Shown: positions 38,750 through 54,959, counted from the whole stretch's first letter. The stretch is 63,849 nt of DNA, filler included, from Bigelowiella natans CCMP2755 (GCA_000320545.1; 6 parts of 6 records of this genome joined end to end with filler, not necessarily neighbours in it), one strand, 5' to 3'. Notes: generated from the sequence alone by a model not told the origin. Program-made: numbers and translations.

Positions 38750-39772
38750 GTTAATTTCTAGTGAGATTTTCAAAAGAGCTTAGCTGTGGCTGCGTTATTG
38801 CAGTCGATAACGATTTATCCTTCCCTTCGTTTTCAGTACCCTCCAAACGCTGGTTGTTCGCACCGATGTTATCATTACCTGATTTGACATACTTCACCTC
38901 AGTAGATGTTTTAGATTGGGAACAACTTCATCAATTCTTCCTCGCTTATATTGCTCTCATAATCCTATTATTTCCGTGAACCACAATCTACCTCCATGCA
39001 GTGACGAAGCCGTTATTCCTTGTGAGTTGATCGCGAGTTGCATGTATCTGTGCCATCATTGTTATCACCACCAGCATCATCATCATTATCATCATGAGCG
39101 TATACATATTGTGATTGGAACCCAATTATGCAGAATCGATTTCAAAAATCAAATAAAGTGTGAAGGGAAGTTCTTGCTTAATTAATCGTTTTCGTTTTGT
39201 CGTAAGAAATAAGAACAAGTAAATGGAAATGAAATCTTTTACCTGATATCTCTATGAAAATCTACGTGAGCCGCATATTCGCGCGCTGCAAGCGCTGCCA
39301 AAAGAGCCAGCAGCAGCTGACCTACTGTTGCTAAGGTCTCGAACACCACATTTGAAGATGCCTGAACGGTGATAATTTGATTCTTATTCTTTACATCATA
39401 TTGTTAAAAAGAAGTAGTAGTAGTTGTAGTTTTAGTAGCTGTAGGATTTGGTTTTCCATGTTTCAGATTGATATATTACACAATGATATCTATATTATTG
39501 GTGGTTGTTGTCAATACCGAATCAACAATCAGCGCGCAGAGAGCATTGATGAGAGACAAGCTCCAGAATACAGCCTACACATCATCACCATCATTGTATT
39601 GTAAAAAACTTATAATATCAAAACATCTGATATAATCACCAACATTGTACTGTAAGAAAAATCAGAGTATCAAAACATCTGATCTATGTTATACTCTCTA
39701 ATCCTATCATCATCAGCCTTATCCTCCTTACTACTACTACAACTTCTAAGTAGTGAAAGTAGTAGTAGTAGC

Positions 39773-39806
<34 letters not shown>

Positions 39807-40990
39807 CCGAGGAGCGGACAAGGAGAGGAGATGATAGAGCTATTCCAAGCATAGATGAGCCAAAAGCTGCTTGAGGCATTCCTATAACAGATGACATACG
39901 ACGAAACGACGTCAAAACCAACACCACAACCACCACAACTTGAATCGATAAAACAGTTTACTTGTACACCACAACCACCACAACTTGAATCGATAAAATA
40001 GTTTACTTGTACTGAACCTTCAATTACTACTTGAATCGATAAAATAGTTTACTTGTACTGAACCTTCAATTACTACCTGGCAGTATGATGAGAGGAATCA
40101 CCTGCAAGATATCATTTAAGAGAAAGAGAGGGATGTTAATTATATAAGGTCTCTGCCTCACGTCGTAAGGTATTCATCTCTCCCACTGTACTTATCATTG
40201 GAAGGAAAAATAAGTTATATTAAGAGCTTAGCTTGCTAAAAAACAGAATTTACCGCGTAAGGTGCATCCTTGAAGAACAGCGCTATCTCCACGTAGAACA
40301 CGGAAATCTAAAAGAAATGAAAATAATAATTAGAACTGAGAAGAATCACGATAAACAATATTAATATACAACAACAACTACTATTACTACTACTACTACT
40401 ACTACTACCATGTGTAAAGACACAATAAGCAAGACGATTGTCCCTACAACCCAGCTTTTCCCTGGTTAATAATTGAACAATATACGATGTTATTTGAGCC
40501 TTCAGTGTTTTATTATGTAAGTAAATTATAGTGTTCTTCCCTCTTGGTATATTATATTAGGAGGCACAATTTTATGATGATCCATATGCATTTCTTCACC
40601 CTTCAATCCTGCATTTCCAATTTCCATCTTTTTCACTGAATAATAGTAGTAGCGATGATCAGATAGCAATGAAGAGAAACACACACACACACACACACAC
40701 AAAACCAATAGGGTACTACTACTATCTATCATCAAGGCTCCTCATGATATATTCTCTTAGTAGTGGTACACATTCTAATATCTAGGAACAACAACTAATT
40801 ACTAAGAACTAAACTGCACTCACAGGCTCTCCACCAAACACCTCCAGTCTGGTTTTTTGATGGAATACTTAAATCAGCAGCAGTAGCATCTGTCTTGACT
40901 CGATAGATAAACCTACAATAGAATACGCTATTTTTATTATCATTACTATTATTAATATTATTTACATTTCGTGAGCTACTACTATCTATG

Positions 40991-41026
<36 letters not shown>

Positions 41027-41086
41027 CTCAAGATCTATTTCTATATGTATAGTCGTCAGAGAATGAAATGAAGGCCACATCGTTTT

Positions 41087-41127
<41 letters not shown>

Positions 41128-42149
41128 TCTCTCGCCTTGGATAATATCCAACAACCACTATAACAACAACAACATCATCATCATCATCAACGACAATAAC
41201 AACACAGCAGATCTTACCTAGAGGACACAACTTCAAAGGCCTCCTCCTCCTCCTCTTCCTCTCTCTGATCTTGATGTCTTATCTCGTCGCTATTTGGGTT
41301 GACATCTCCTCCTCCTCCTCCTCCTCCTCCTTGATTTTTCCTTCTATCTTGTCCTCCTCCTTTTTTGGAATCCTCGTTATAAAAGATGCTGCTACTCTTT
41401 GATTCCTTTCGAGATGAATCAATACTTCTAGCGTATCTACCGCTGCTTACTCGTTCCAAAGCAGCCCCACTCTGAGATTTCTTTATTTATTCATTCACAG
41501 AAAAAGAAGAAGAAGAAGAAGAAGAAGAAGAAGAAGAAGAAGGAGGAGGAGGAGGAGGAGGTTATCGTTTGGCTCAAGAACACTCACACCACTTACAAGC
41601 AACAAAATAATTTCAATTTTCAAATTTATTCATGTGAATTGACAGCGTTTCTAACTGCTGACTGCCGACCCTAAAAATAACTGGAATCCTTCATTACTTT
41701 TCAGTATTGCAACGATAATAGCTAAAACAGTTGTTGTTGTTGTTGTTGTTGTTGTTTTCTATTGTTTTATGTCAAACGACGACGACCCATGATCCTAAAG
41801 CCCTTCTCATCAGCGACGAAGAACCCTTTCAAACATTCATTCCAAACAATGGCAAACGGGGGATAATAAGAGGATGATTCTGAAAGCAGCAGCAAGATGC
41901 CATTGTATGTTGGATGACAACTCGTCACTATAATCACAGTAGAAGAAGGAGAAGGAGAGGAGAAGAAGAAGAAATGGATGATAAATTATCACCTCCTCCT
42001 CGGATGTAAAATTTTCTCTGTTCTCGAGGACGTTTTCTTCCTATAGAAGAAGAGAAGAAAGAGATCAAAAGAAGTAGTAGTAGTAGTAGTAATAATTAGA
42101 AGAGGAAACTATGGTTGAATTGTTATAGTATAGAGAAACTCCTTCTTTT

Positions 42150-42188
<39 letters not shown>

Positions 42189-43415
42189 TGTGTGTAATGA
42201 AATCTTGATGATCATGCTGTATCTATACAATATACGTCAACCCATCATTATTAATTAAAGATGCAATCATCACCGATCGCTTTATGGCGTTGTAGCTAAT
42301 TACTACTTACCACATCTGATTCGGAAGGAGAAAGTACAATATCTCTCTTCTCATCGTTACCAGCAATACTCGAAAACTTCGGTCTTGTACCGTACATCGG
42401 TGCTTGAATGAAGGAAACTGTTCTTGAGGATGATGCTCTTATCCTGCTGCCTCTCTCATTTCTCTTATAGTGCTGCTGCTGCTGCTGCTGCTGCTGCGGC
42501 TCTTTTCGTCTTGTAGCTATTGAATGATTAGCTTTAGCATCACCACCACCACCACCACTATCACCCTCATAGTAGTAGCTGCTGCCAAAGTAATCGCTAC
42601 TTGCTCTTCCTCCAACCCCATGTCCCCCCGCTCTTCCCCCCCTTCCATCATTGAGAGAAATAGACATGCCTGAATTATAACATTGATAATAGTCATTGAG
42701 AGAAATAGACATGCCTGAATTATAACATTAATAATAGTCGGTATGTATATTTGGTATCTATTTTAATGGTAAAAGATAATAACATTCTGAGAGCAGCAAC
42801 TTATCACATATAATGATACTAATAACTTGCAGTGTACTGGCTACCCTCTCTCTATTTCAATCAATCAATCAGTCGGTCTTTTTCCATAGAGTACTACGGC
42901 AACTACTACTACTACTACTTTCATATCTAGAATTCTCGCTTGTAAATTCCTGGGAAGGTATGATCTCATTATCAGGCGTTCCTGCTTTACCTGATTATGA
43001 TGATGAAAATGATGGTGACGACGTGATGTATTGCCACCAATCATCAACATAGACAAAAGAAGACAACGGCACTTTAAAAAGATGGGAGAATTGTAAAAGA
43101 TAGGAGAAAAGAGGGGCAGAAGGAGGAGGAGAGCTACTACTTTCAATCATAATTGCTGATTTTACTATTTTGATTGATATAATGAATGCAGCGTTAGTGT
43201 GATAAAGAATCATAATAATCAAGGAGAAACAACAAATAATACCTTGCTCAATGATCACGACAGGTCTCCACTCTCGTCTCCTCATTACCTGCATCATCAT
43301 CATCATCAGCAGCAGCAGCAGCATCATCATCGTAGCTAATCACTACAACAATAACAACAACAACAACAACAACAGCAGTAGTAGTAGTAGTAATACAGGT
43401 GCTGCTTCACCATCA

Positions 43416-43454
<39 letters not shown>

Positions 43455-45220
43455 CATATCTTTGAAATCCATGCCATTCCTAAAGAGTGTAGTAGTTTCC
43501 GCTTGCTTCAAGTTGTTAGCGTTTGGCATGCTGAATATTAGTACCAACGATGCATTAATCATGATGATGATGATGATGATGATGATGATCCATAGGTGTA
43601 ACATCACGTTGTACTTGTTGTCGTATTATTATTATTATTATTATTATTATCTCCATTTACATACTACAAGTTGTTTGATTATAATAATAATAAATATAAT
43701 AATAATAATAATAACTGCTGATTGGCTAGTAATTGGCTGCTCTTAGGTATTATTAGCTAATAGTAACCTATCATGCTGCTGGTGCTGCTGCTTGCTGGCT
43801 AAGTACATATCCATCGATCGTACACCGAGTGATATGGAGAGGCCCTGCAAAGTAGTAGTAGTAGTAGTAACAATAGTAATTATTATTATCAATTAATAAT
43901 AATAATAATGATAAGCAGCCTTCATTGTGATTCGTTGTTGTCATTTTATACACACACCAACACTACAACAACAACAACAACAGAGTTGCAGTTGATTTAT
44001 GATCAGTAATTCTTCTTGTAGTAGAAGCTTCTTCTTTTCTCGCTGAATACAATTAACCAACCAACCTCCAGAGGCATGAGTGCTCCAAGACCTAATAATA
44101 ATAATAACAATAACAATAATAACAATAATAATAATAATAATAATAATAATGATGATGATGATGCAGCGGTATCATCATTATCGTCAGCAGCACGCATGCG
44201 TTGTTTACTTATTGGATTATCATCATCATCATCATCATCATCATCATTATCATTATCATTATCATCATTATCATCATCATTATCATCCCGTTTGTGCGGC
44301 GTTTCACCAGATAATTCGCTCGTTTTTGTTTTACTTGCTTCGAGCTATTTTAATCAAGAATAACAGTATACAATTGATATGCTATTCTTCTTCTTCTTCT
44401 TCTTCTTCTTCTTGTTGTTGTTCTTGTTCTTGTTCTAACAATAGTTGTTGTACCTATACCACAGCCTTTCTGTACCATTTCTACATAGTTTAATGCACTC
44501 TGTAAGCTTCCAGCTTCCCTATAATATTTACCAGTAATTTGTCACTCAACTATGCTTAAGGAGATGAGGAGGGATCAACGCGTGAATAAGCATGAAGAAA
44601 GATGATGACGCTGCTTTTGCTGCCGCTGATGATGATGATGATGATGACGACGATACTGGAGAAGGTCAACGATTGAGTAATTGCTTTTTCTTTTATTTGT
44701 TCTCGCCTAATTACAACTTGTATTTGATTCTTCTCAGATGAGTGTTCAGATGAGCCAAACATGAGCACCAAGACCGCCCATAAAACTTGGATAACGACTG
44801 AATAAAGCATGCGGACAGTCAGTTGTTATTGTTATCCAATCGACTAATGATATGCTGCTACGATGATGGAAACATAGGGTAGTAGAGGGAAATAGCAATA
44901 ATAATGAGGGAGACAAACGAAAACGATTAGTATGTCTTTCTTTTGTTTATGTGTTTCTTCTTCTTACCTGCACAAGGACGTCTTGGGCATCGAGATAAAA
45001 AGGGTCAGTGAACGTTCCAGAGCCTTGTCATCATAAGCAACAAGAGTTACAACAACAACTATATGCTGATGATGATGATGACGACGATAACAACCGATAA
45101 TCACCATCAATGATTGGAGTAGCATACTGAGAACATAGAAGTAGCATTTATTGCAATATTGCCAACACTTTTATTTTAATGCCTCCCTTGTGATATATTT
45201 ACCCTTTTCTCTCGTGTAAC

Positions 45221-45267
<47 letters not shown>

Positions 45268-45736
45268 CTCATTCTCTATCTCTCTCCCTCGTTCATTTTT
45301 TCTCTTTCTCATCGCCACACACACACACACATCACACGCATTAAAAAAAAGGTGCGTTGTCGTTGTTCTCAAAACCACATACATTTTGTGTACTCGTGGT
45401 AGTTATTAAAAAAGCATGGTAGTAGTCTACTCATAGCACCACGTATATCAAATAAACTACAAGGCAGTAATACTAGTCTATAGTAATAGCCTCTCTTCTA
45501 AAACTCACCACAGCACATAAGCACCAACCCAGGGTTGCCATCAGGGCCTCCTCGTATGATCTATTTATCATTTATATAGTGTCTTATTTGTTTATAGTGC
45601 ATGATTGATTCTTGCCAACGAAGAACAACGAAGATAGGAAAAGATAACTTGGGATATAGTGTTACTCATCCTCCTCCTCCTCTGATGAAAATCATCAGCA
45701 TCACCTCCAACATAGATGATAGTGGGACCAGTAGTG

Positions 45737-45770
<34 letters not shown>

Positions 45771-46571
45771 AACCTCATTCTTTGTGTTTTCATTCGGTGC
45801 CACGATATCAATCCTTACAATATAAGATGATGATGATGATGATGATGATAATAATGATGATGCAATAGAATCTCCATCCTACCATGCGTAGGTCCCTACT
45901 TTAGAAGCACTTAATCTGAATACAGAAAGAGAGAGAGAGAGAGAGGAAAGAGAGAATAAATAAGTAGAAAGGACTATTAATTCTGTTATTATTATTATTA
46001 GCAGCAGTAGTAGCAGTGGTAGTAGTATCGAAAGCAGGATGAGGGCATCATCATCATTTTATCATGTGAAAAGAAGAGACCTAAGCTAACAACAACTATT
46101 CATCATTTGCAGGAACTGTAGCGAATGATGATGATCATCATCATCATCACTATCATCATCATCATCATCATTCATCAATGACTGCTGGATACCTTAAGGA
46201 GGAAGATAGCGCTTTAATGTGTTGATTTTTAAAGAACTCATGATTGTACTCTGCTACATAAGTCTATGTATGCAATTACAGACGCATTTGATTGTACGTG
46301 AGGAGGAGGGAAATCATCTTACTCAAGATCAGCACAAGGAGGAGGGAAAAGAGGAGGAGGAGGAGGAGGAGGAGGGGCAGAGTTTATCATTATTGAATGA
46401 TATGGTTGTTGCGGTAATTGTAGTCGGTAGTCGTGGTGTTAGTGGTGCTGCTGGTGATAATGATAATGATGATAATAATAGTACAATAGCAAGCTCTAGC
46501 TTCTCCTGTTGCTTTCGCCGAAGGTAAAAGTAACTACGAATACCACATACTACTATCAGACAAAAGCAGTG

Positions 46572-46602
<31 letters not shown>

Positions 46603-47259
46603 CAGTGGTGGTAGTAGCAGTAGTAAATGTAAATGTAAATAATGGCACAGTAGTAACAGCATCTTATCCTGTTGCTTTCTTGCCCTCTTCTACTCTTGTG
46701 TGTGATGATGATGATCATCATCATCATCATCAATATAATCACATGTTATTTGTGTTTGGTTTTTTACCCAAGATCATGATCATCATCATAATCACATGTT
46801 ATTTGTGTTTTGGTTTTTTACCCAGGATGATGATGATAATCATAATCACATGTTGTTTGTGTTGTGGTTTTTTACCCAAGAGGTACGAAAATTATGCATA
46901 GAAAGGCGTAGATCCATTGCCTAATGATGGCGATGATAATAATGTGATTGACTGATGACAATTCTTACTATATTGTGCTGTGATGAGCGTCACATATGAG
47001 TGTTAGGAGGTGGTATTGATGACTCGATAGGAGGTTTTTATGATGATGAAGATATGTTGTTTTGCATGTTGCTGCATGATATATAGCAATGAAGAAATGC
47101 TCATAGCTACTACTACTACTACAACTACAACTACCACTACTACTCTATCACAATTTAATATGATTCTTGTAGTTGTACTTAACCCATTCTTACTCATACA
47201 CATTCTCTCTTTCCCTTTCATCAGATGCAGTCGGTTGTATTCTTCAACAATACCTTCTC

Positions 47260-47297
<38 letters not shown>

Positions 47298-47395
47298 ACA
47301 CACATTCTACTGACTCAAGAAGCGCTCACTTACTCCTTGTTATCCCATCTAAAGCAGTCATTCAATTGTGATTGAAATCCAATCCATAGTCCCTG

Positions 47396-47433
<38 letters not shown>

Positions 47434-47698
47434 ACAAATTCGTTCGATGTTGATGAGTGAGAGAGGTATGATGAAGAACGATGACTACGATAAGAACAAA
47501 GGAATATTTGCGTTGTATTGTATTGTATTGTTTATTTATATGCTCAAGGGTTCATTGTCGTTGTCATCAAGGATCATTGCTTTATGGTACATCCATGATT
47601 AAAGGGGGGGGGTCACTGAGCGACCTTATGAACTCCGAGATTATAGGGTGCATCATCAATAAGAAGATATAGTGGATCATCTTGGTAGGGTAGTAATA

Positions 47699-47736
<38 letters not shown>

Positions 47737-47856
47737 ACACACACACACAAACATAGAGGGGTGGGGGTGGGGGGTAGGAGAGAGAAGAGAGCGGAAGGAA
47801 GGAGAAAATGTAAGTCTAAGTTAGCGTATGCATTTCTCTCTAGAGTTCACATATTC

Positions 47857-47895
<39 letters not shown>

Positions 47896-48045
47896 TTGTA
47901 CAAGAACATGAATTAGTAGAATCATCGTTAAAGTAGTAGTAGCAGTAGTAGTAGTAGTAGTAGTAGTTGTGATAGTAGTAATGGTAGTAGTAGTACAACC
48001 CCATGTGTATTTACTACCGTTACTATGATGCATGTACTATGTATT

Positions 48046-48078
<33 letters not shown>

Positions 48079-51000
48079 CAGGCGTGTTTCCCCCATGCAA
48101 ATAAATCCTATGCATGAGCAAATGTAGCCTACAAACAACAAACAACACACGAGAAGATGTAATAGTACCAACAACGCTACTACTACACTACTACTATACT
48201 ACTATGCATCATATTCAATCTAAAATTTATTTAACGATTGACAAATGATGACACCGAGAGATAAACAAGGATATTGTACAGATAGTGAGCGATGATTAAT
48301 ACGCATGGATAGGTAGGGGGAGGTAATGGCTAGAGAGTGAGTTATGCTTCTTCTTCTTCTTCTCTTTCTTCTTCGTTTTGAAAGAGAAGGATTATGATGC
48401 ATATTATTACTTTGATGGATCAAGCCATTGGTTTTGAATTCGGAGTTTTGTTGACTTCTATCATAGCAAAAATTATAGCATTTTTGCACACATAACAAAT
48501 TAGAAACAATGTAGGAATAGGAGGAAGAGGAAAAGGAGTACAAGACCATTATGATATCATTATATATCATCATCATCATCATCATCATCATCATCGAGAC
48601 AACCAAGAAAAGGAAGGGAAGATAATAGCTTTTGGAAAAATAAAAATGACATTTTGCAGCGAAGATATTATATATATTCTATTTCAACATTACTTGATAA
48701 TATACATATATACATGTAATAAATAATATACAAGCAAGAGGGGGATGAGAAGGAGGAGGAGGAGGAGGAGGAAGAGGATACTGATTTGCAGCAGTATTAT
48801 TATTATTGCATGTACTAATATACATGCAAGAGGAGGAGTGCAACCGAATTATTATTGTTGTCGTCTATGTACTCGAGCCGTTGATATTCTATTTAAATTA
48901 TAATAGGCAATTGATGATATTCTCTCCTCCCCTTGTAGTAGAAGCAGCAGCATTTTTTATCAATAATAATTACGAGAAGAAAGGGGGAAACCAAGATATA
49001 TCTACTGCTTGAGGTGGCTATTGCCTCTACCCTAATAACTAACTTAGCCCTTAACATTAGTACTCACTGACAATAACTCGTCATCATCATAATTGTCATC
49101 ACCATTGTCATCATCATCATCATCATCGTCATCAACAATATCAACCGTCCACAGGAGAAGCAAAGGGCTCTTTTCTTTTTCCCCCTCTACTTCTCTCCAT
49201 GCCCTCAGTAGCTATAGACTATCATCAGAGTAGATATACAACAAATCAAACGATGTAATTAATAATAACAAAGCATGTAAGAAAAGCACAAAAAATTGAC
49301 GACGATGAGGATGAGGATGAGGATGAGGATGAGGAGGGAATGACGATGATAACCATTGCATGTTGCTTCTTCCAACGTCTCTTCAGGAAACAGATGATGA
49401 ATGGAAAAATAACTGACACATTGTAGTAAACTTAAATTATCATCATACTTTTCATAATATATAATTGTTAACTACTATTAAATTGCTTTGTTGTTGTGTC
49501 TATATAATCATCATCATCAGCAGCAGCAGCATCATCATCATCATCATCCTCAAATTACAAAATATTACATGCTCTAAGGAAAAGAATATTCTGCTTTCAA
49601 TTATCAGTATTTTATAGCAGAAAATAAATGCAAAATGTAGCAGCTACTATATTACACGGTTGGTGCTGCTATCTACTACTACTACTGATACTACTACTAC
49701 TACCACCACTATGAGTAATAAGTAGAGAGTGAGTGGTAGCTAACTACCAACACGCGCCTATTCACTACTACTACTACTACTACTGCTACTACTATTACTA
49801 CAACTAGTAGTGCTACTAACACCTGCTAATAGCATACATATAATGATAACAGAAAATATAACAGGTCCTCCACAGTCCTGATGGAAGTATTATCATATGC
49901 ATATTCTATATCATAACTTCGTTGGTGTATTTGTCATCAAACAAATAGTAAACACGTCTTTTTCTACTACATATTACAATAGTCGGAATAAGCTTACAAA
50001 CAACGAATACTATGGCAGAAAATGGTGATAATGATAATGATGATGATGGTGATAATGCTCTTTTGTGTATTTTATTTGCTCTTTTGTACCGGTAGGTACT
50101 ACCTTGATGAATGCAGATATTGGAAGTATACAATCAGGATATACATATCTTTTGACATCATCAAGAAGAAGAAGAAGAAGAAGAAGAAGAAGAATATTCA
50201 GCATAACAAATAATAATCTCTGTAATTAGGGTCTTTCTTCTGGTGGCACCGTTGCATTCGTCATCATCATCATCATAATCATCATCAACATCAATCATTA
50301 TTACTACAATCTTACGTGATTCTAATATTAAAACTCCTTTCACTTCTTACTACCCTTTTTTGCATTCATATTCGCATCCTACAACAAGGACAGGGAAGTA
50401 AGTAAAGTAAGTATATTTATATGTGTATATATTGAAACTAAACAAAGAATCGATCTACCATTCCTATGATTATGATGTGTACTCAGGTATCATCAGCACT
50501 TTCTCTTCTTCTTCCTTAACATCTTTAGTGTTTGCTGGTCTCTTCTTCCTCTCCCTCCTTCTTCTTCTTCTTCTTCTTTTATCCCCTTTTCTCTACTTCT
50601 ATAGTGAGTAGTACTATTACCGCTAAATGGTTTCCAATACGACTTTGGCTTAGGATTGGTGCAATTATAGCACTTTGACGAGTTGGAAGCACTGTATCGT
50701 CCTATTTCGAGACAAAGATGGAAGAAGATGAAGTACATGATGAAGGAGGAGAAAGAAGAGGATTAGGATGAAAGATCAATGATGAAGGAGGGAAAAGAAG
50801 AAGGATGTAGGTAGTAGTGTAGTTGTTAGCACATACATGGAAAATCCCAAAGGAGGGACATTAAAAGAGAAAAAAAGAGTGAATTAAAAGACGACGACAA
50901 ACATGCAAAAGAAATACTGTAAAGTAGAATATAACAATCTCTGTCCCCCCACCCCCCATTCTTATTAAACCATAATTTACCACCTGTAGGGCATGCTAGG

Positions 51001-52040
51001 CAAACGTCTCCTGCAATTTCAATAGAGGGAAGAATACCAATGGATCAATTTATTTACATCATCTTCTTCATCATCATCACAACACCCAACAACATGTATT
51101 ATGACTATCATGCATCACCATTGTTGAATTAGCATTCCTTCTTCTCCCTACTACTACTACTACTACTACTACTACCTGCATTATCCTTGTTTCTAAAGGT
51201 GTTAGGTGGGCATTGCACGCAAGAAGATGACCCTGTTTTGCTGAACGTGCCTATGATGATGAAGAGTAGCATGATCAATCAACAACACAACAAACCGATA
51301 TCGTAACCAACATCGTCATTAGAAACAAACGTCACGGGAGGAGGTGTTGTGATGCATGTTCTTTTGTAATTCAGACAAGCATGAGGGAATTTATGTGTTA
51401 TTTCTGAGTAGTGACAGTGCTAACAGTAAAAGTTAGTAGTAGTAGTAGTAGTAGTAGTTGTTGTTGTTGTAGTGGTAGCTCAGAGGATGATGAAAGCTTG
51501 TTGTCTTGAGCACTATACAACGATTGGACATAAGAAAGTGAAAGTCTAATCCACAAAGTATGGATGATTGCTTATTTGCTGTGTGGTAAGATGTTTAATG
51601 CATCATCATTCCTTTGTGTGTATGTTGTTGCTGCTGCTGCACAATGATCAAATATCAATGCAAAGTGAGTGAGTGATGGTTGAGTACCCTCAGGACAATT
51701 CTGGCAATGGGAAGCACCAACTTTATCCACAAATGTTCCTAGTTTTAGGAGGAGGAGGAGGAGGATGATGATGTATCAATGATAATAATGATGATCACAA
51801 TAATAATATGCGACTAAGAATGCAAAAAGCATGATGTTTGTGGGGATCTTATGTTGTTGTAACAACACAAAAGAATTACCAACATGATGATCACTATTTT
51901 ACATGTTGTCTGTGTAATTATCTCGTTGTTATTGTTGTTGTAACATTAACAAAGTGATGGATGATGAAGCTCCTTCGTACCTGCTGGACACCTTTCGCAT
52001 TCAACCTGGTGGTTTGATACAGCAATTATGCAGAAATAAT

Positions 52041-52071
<31 letters not shown>

Positions 52072-52089
52072 AACAAATAAATAGATAAC

Positions 52090-52132
<43 letters not shown>

Positions 52133-53177
52133 GAACAACATAATTTATCCTGGCAGGAAGAGGCTCGTTGTATTGAGATCATCATAAACATCTCATAAAA
52201 TCATAATCGTCATCATTGTTACTTCATACGGGTTTTTATCTCATAATTCATAATCCACATCATTTCTTCATTTCTGTACCGAGCCATGCCCTGCTGAGTA
52301 CTTGCCACGAGAGCAAGAGCGACAACTATGGAAGGTAAAAATAACAGAGTGATGATGCTGATGCTGATGATGATGCTGATGATGATACGATTATTTGTTA
52401 CATACTTATATTATGCATATGCAGAGACTTATAAGCTTAGAAGGATCATCTTCATCAACATCATTATTATCATCTTCTCATCATCATCATGATCATGTTC
52501 ATTATCAGCTCTAATGCAGAAGAAGGAAGATGAAAGACCTTGCAGCTCCAGTAACATTCATGTAGGTTCCTTGTTTTGCATCATCAATAAAAGGGGGAGG
52601 GAGATGTGGTTTAGCAAAGATAAAGCCGATGATATCACAACCAATCATCATCACCGTGAGAATAGATCGATGATATATCACTTACTACTACCTGGTAGAC
52701 ATTGCTCACAAGATCCGTTAAAAAAAGGCTTAAACGCTCCGGTGGGACATGCAGCACAGTTGAGATCGAAATGTCCTTAAATATAAATACCCCATGCATA
52801 CAATAGCAGCAGCATCACCACCAACACCAACACCAACCACAACAACAACACAGCAGAGAGGATGGATTGTGATGATGGTATGCATCAGCATGATCACTAC
52901 AAAAAGGTCAATCGGTCAACTATTTATTGAGTTGGAGATAACGTGGAGAGGGAGAGAGGGGGGGGGGGGGGGGAGAAAGCAGAGATGATAGAGTAAAGAA
53001 AGATAAAAACTAAGAGGATGAGCACAACAGTCAACCTGGATTGCATTCAGGTTTCCTTGTCACGAGTCCATTTCCCCCTTTATGATCTATCGATCCAAAC
53101 ATCATACATCGGTATTCATGCATCAATAAGTACTTAGCTAACTTACAACATGCCACTTCAATGTCATTACATCTAGC

Positions 53178-53217
<40 letters not shown>

Positions 53218-53932
53218 CCTCCATCAAAGTACAATGTTTTCCTCTCCTCCACAGATTGTTTTACATCCATCATCATCATTGTCATTATCGTTGTCATCAT
53301 CATCATCATCATCATCATCATTATCATCATCATCGTGCTACTAAGTGCTACTGTGTCTTACACCTGGTGATGACTCTCCCCCTTTGGCACTTGCTGTTGG
53401 TATTGTAGTGTTGCTCCCTATTGATTCAAATCATTCATCACACAATGCAAATATCATATTTATTTATTCTCTGTACATCACGTTCCATATTCTGATGTAG
53501 TAACTAACTGTGAGCTTTAATGACGATGTAGTACCGACTAACATATCCAGCAGAGCGAATCGACTCGTTATCATCCTCGTAGAATGATGGTGAATGGAAG
53601 AAGAAGAAGATGCTTCCTTAGCAAGTAGGAAGAAAGCTGAATCCTGTTCAATTCAAAAAAAGAAATAAGAAGAATGTTAATGAGTATTACTATATTGAAT
53701 AATAATAGGAAAATGAAGGGACTACGAGGAGGGAAAAAGAAGATCTTAACAAGTCTGGCAGCACGCCATCAATATCGTTATGTAGATATCAGCAATGATG
53801 TAAATCGTGATGATGATGATCATGATGATGACGCATAGAAAGAAGAAGAAGATGCAAAAGTCTAGTAGTAGTAGTAGTAGTAGAGAAGTGTCTCCTATTA
53901 TTAGTGGAGACCTAACTAACTACTAAATAGTT

Positions 53933-53965
<33 letters not shown>

Positions 53966-54297
53966 TTATTCCAATGTACCGCAACAACTGCTTGCGGACA
54001 TTGTATACCTGCTGCTGCTGCTGCTGCAGATTACCAGCATGAGCACCCTCCTCCTCATTGTTCTTCTTTCTCGTAGTAGTAGTAGTCACCATCTTCCAAT
54101 ACACAATATATCCACCACCACCCCCACCCCCACCTAGTAGTCACGTAGTAGTAAAGAGAGAGGAAGGAAGGAAGGAATAAAAAATTATTTATCATTATCA
54201 TCGTCAGCCCCCCTCCCCTTTGTTGTTGTTCTTCCTCTTTGTCTTCCTCCTAACCCCCCCTGTGTAGCTTACACAAACACATAATACACACATTATA

Positions 54298-54340
<43 letters not shown>

Positions 54341-54381
54341 ACACACACACACACACACACCTCCATGTCCTCCATTGCCTC

Positions 54382-54436
<55 letters not shown>

Positions 54437-54700
54437 CTCCATGTCCTCCATTGCCTCCATTTGATACTAAAAAACCTGTTGGTTGTTGTGATGATAAAAG
54501 AGAGGAAGGAGACAACCAGTATTTATTTTTATCTTGCTCTTTCATCATCATCTTCTTCTTCTTCTTCTTCTTCTAGACATAAAGGTAGTAATAAGGGGTG
54601 ACTCCTCTATCTAGATGATGTTGCTTTTCCACTGTTGTTGTTATCGATATATCATCATCATCATCATCGTCATCATCCAAATAAGACGTTCAGCTACCGG
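38750..54700 (-). CDS. Very large multi-exon membrane protein with CxxCPxG (ephrin-receptor-like/GCC2-GCC3) repeats, resembling the plant At4g32920-type family; limits approximate
   Basis: Small minus-strand exons inside trinucleotide-repeat introns: GHFDLNCAACPTGAFKPFFNGSCEQCLPG, GTFVDKVGASHCQNCPEG, GTFSKTGSSSCVQCPPNTF, GDVCLACPTG, CYNCTNPKP, GCEYECKKG, YVYPDCILPISAFIK, LMHRIYLHGGNTP, VIAYIDLC, plus downstream TM exons. The family call is from recalled motif order. Confidence 0.6.
39921..40076. repeat. Short tandem duplications (acttgaatcgataaaa[c/t]agtttacttgtac x3)
   Basis: Directly visible intronic duplications. Confidence 0.85.
46735..46880. repeat. Three-copy ~55-bp minisatellite
   Basis: ataatcacatgtt[a/g]tttgtgtt..ggttttttaccca repeated three times. 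Confidence 0.85.
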
Positions 54701-54845
54701 TTCCAGTAAGGTGGGGAGATTGTAACAATATTGTACCCCCAGCACCTCCACCCGTACATTCACCCTATATATTGTGCGATTGTTTACCATCATTTCGTTT
54801 CATGTTGTCGTGTTGTTTGTTGGGAGAGGATTATAGCATATCGCT

Positions 54846-54877
<32 letters not shown>

Positions 54878-54914
54878 AGTATAAGTGAAAGCAGATATAA
54901 ACACCATATACAAA

Positions 54915-54959
<45 letters not shown>

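Noticed and set aside
43251-44493. Poly-N/H/Y/I/S ORFs, and YIYI/THTH/RERE ORFs elsewhere
   Set aside because: These are translations of intronic microsatellites.
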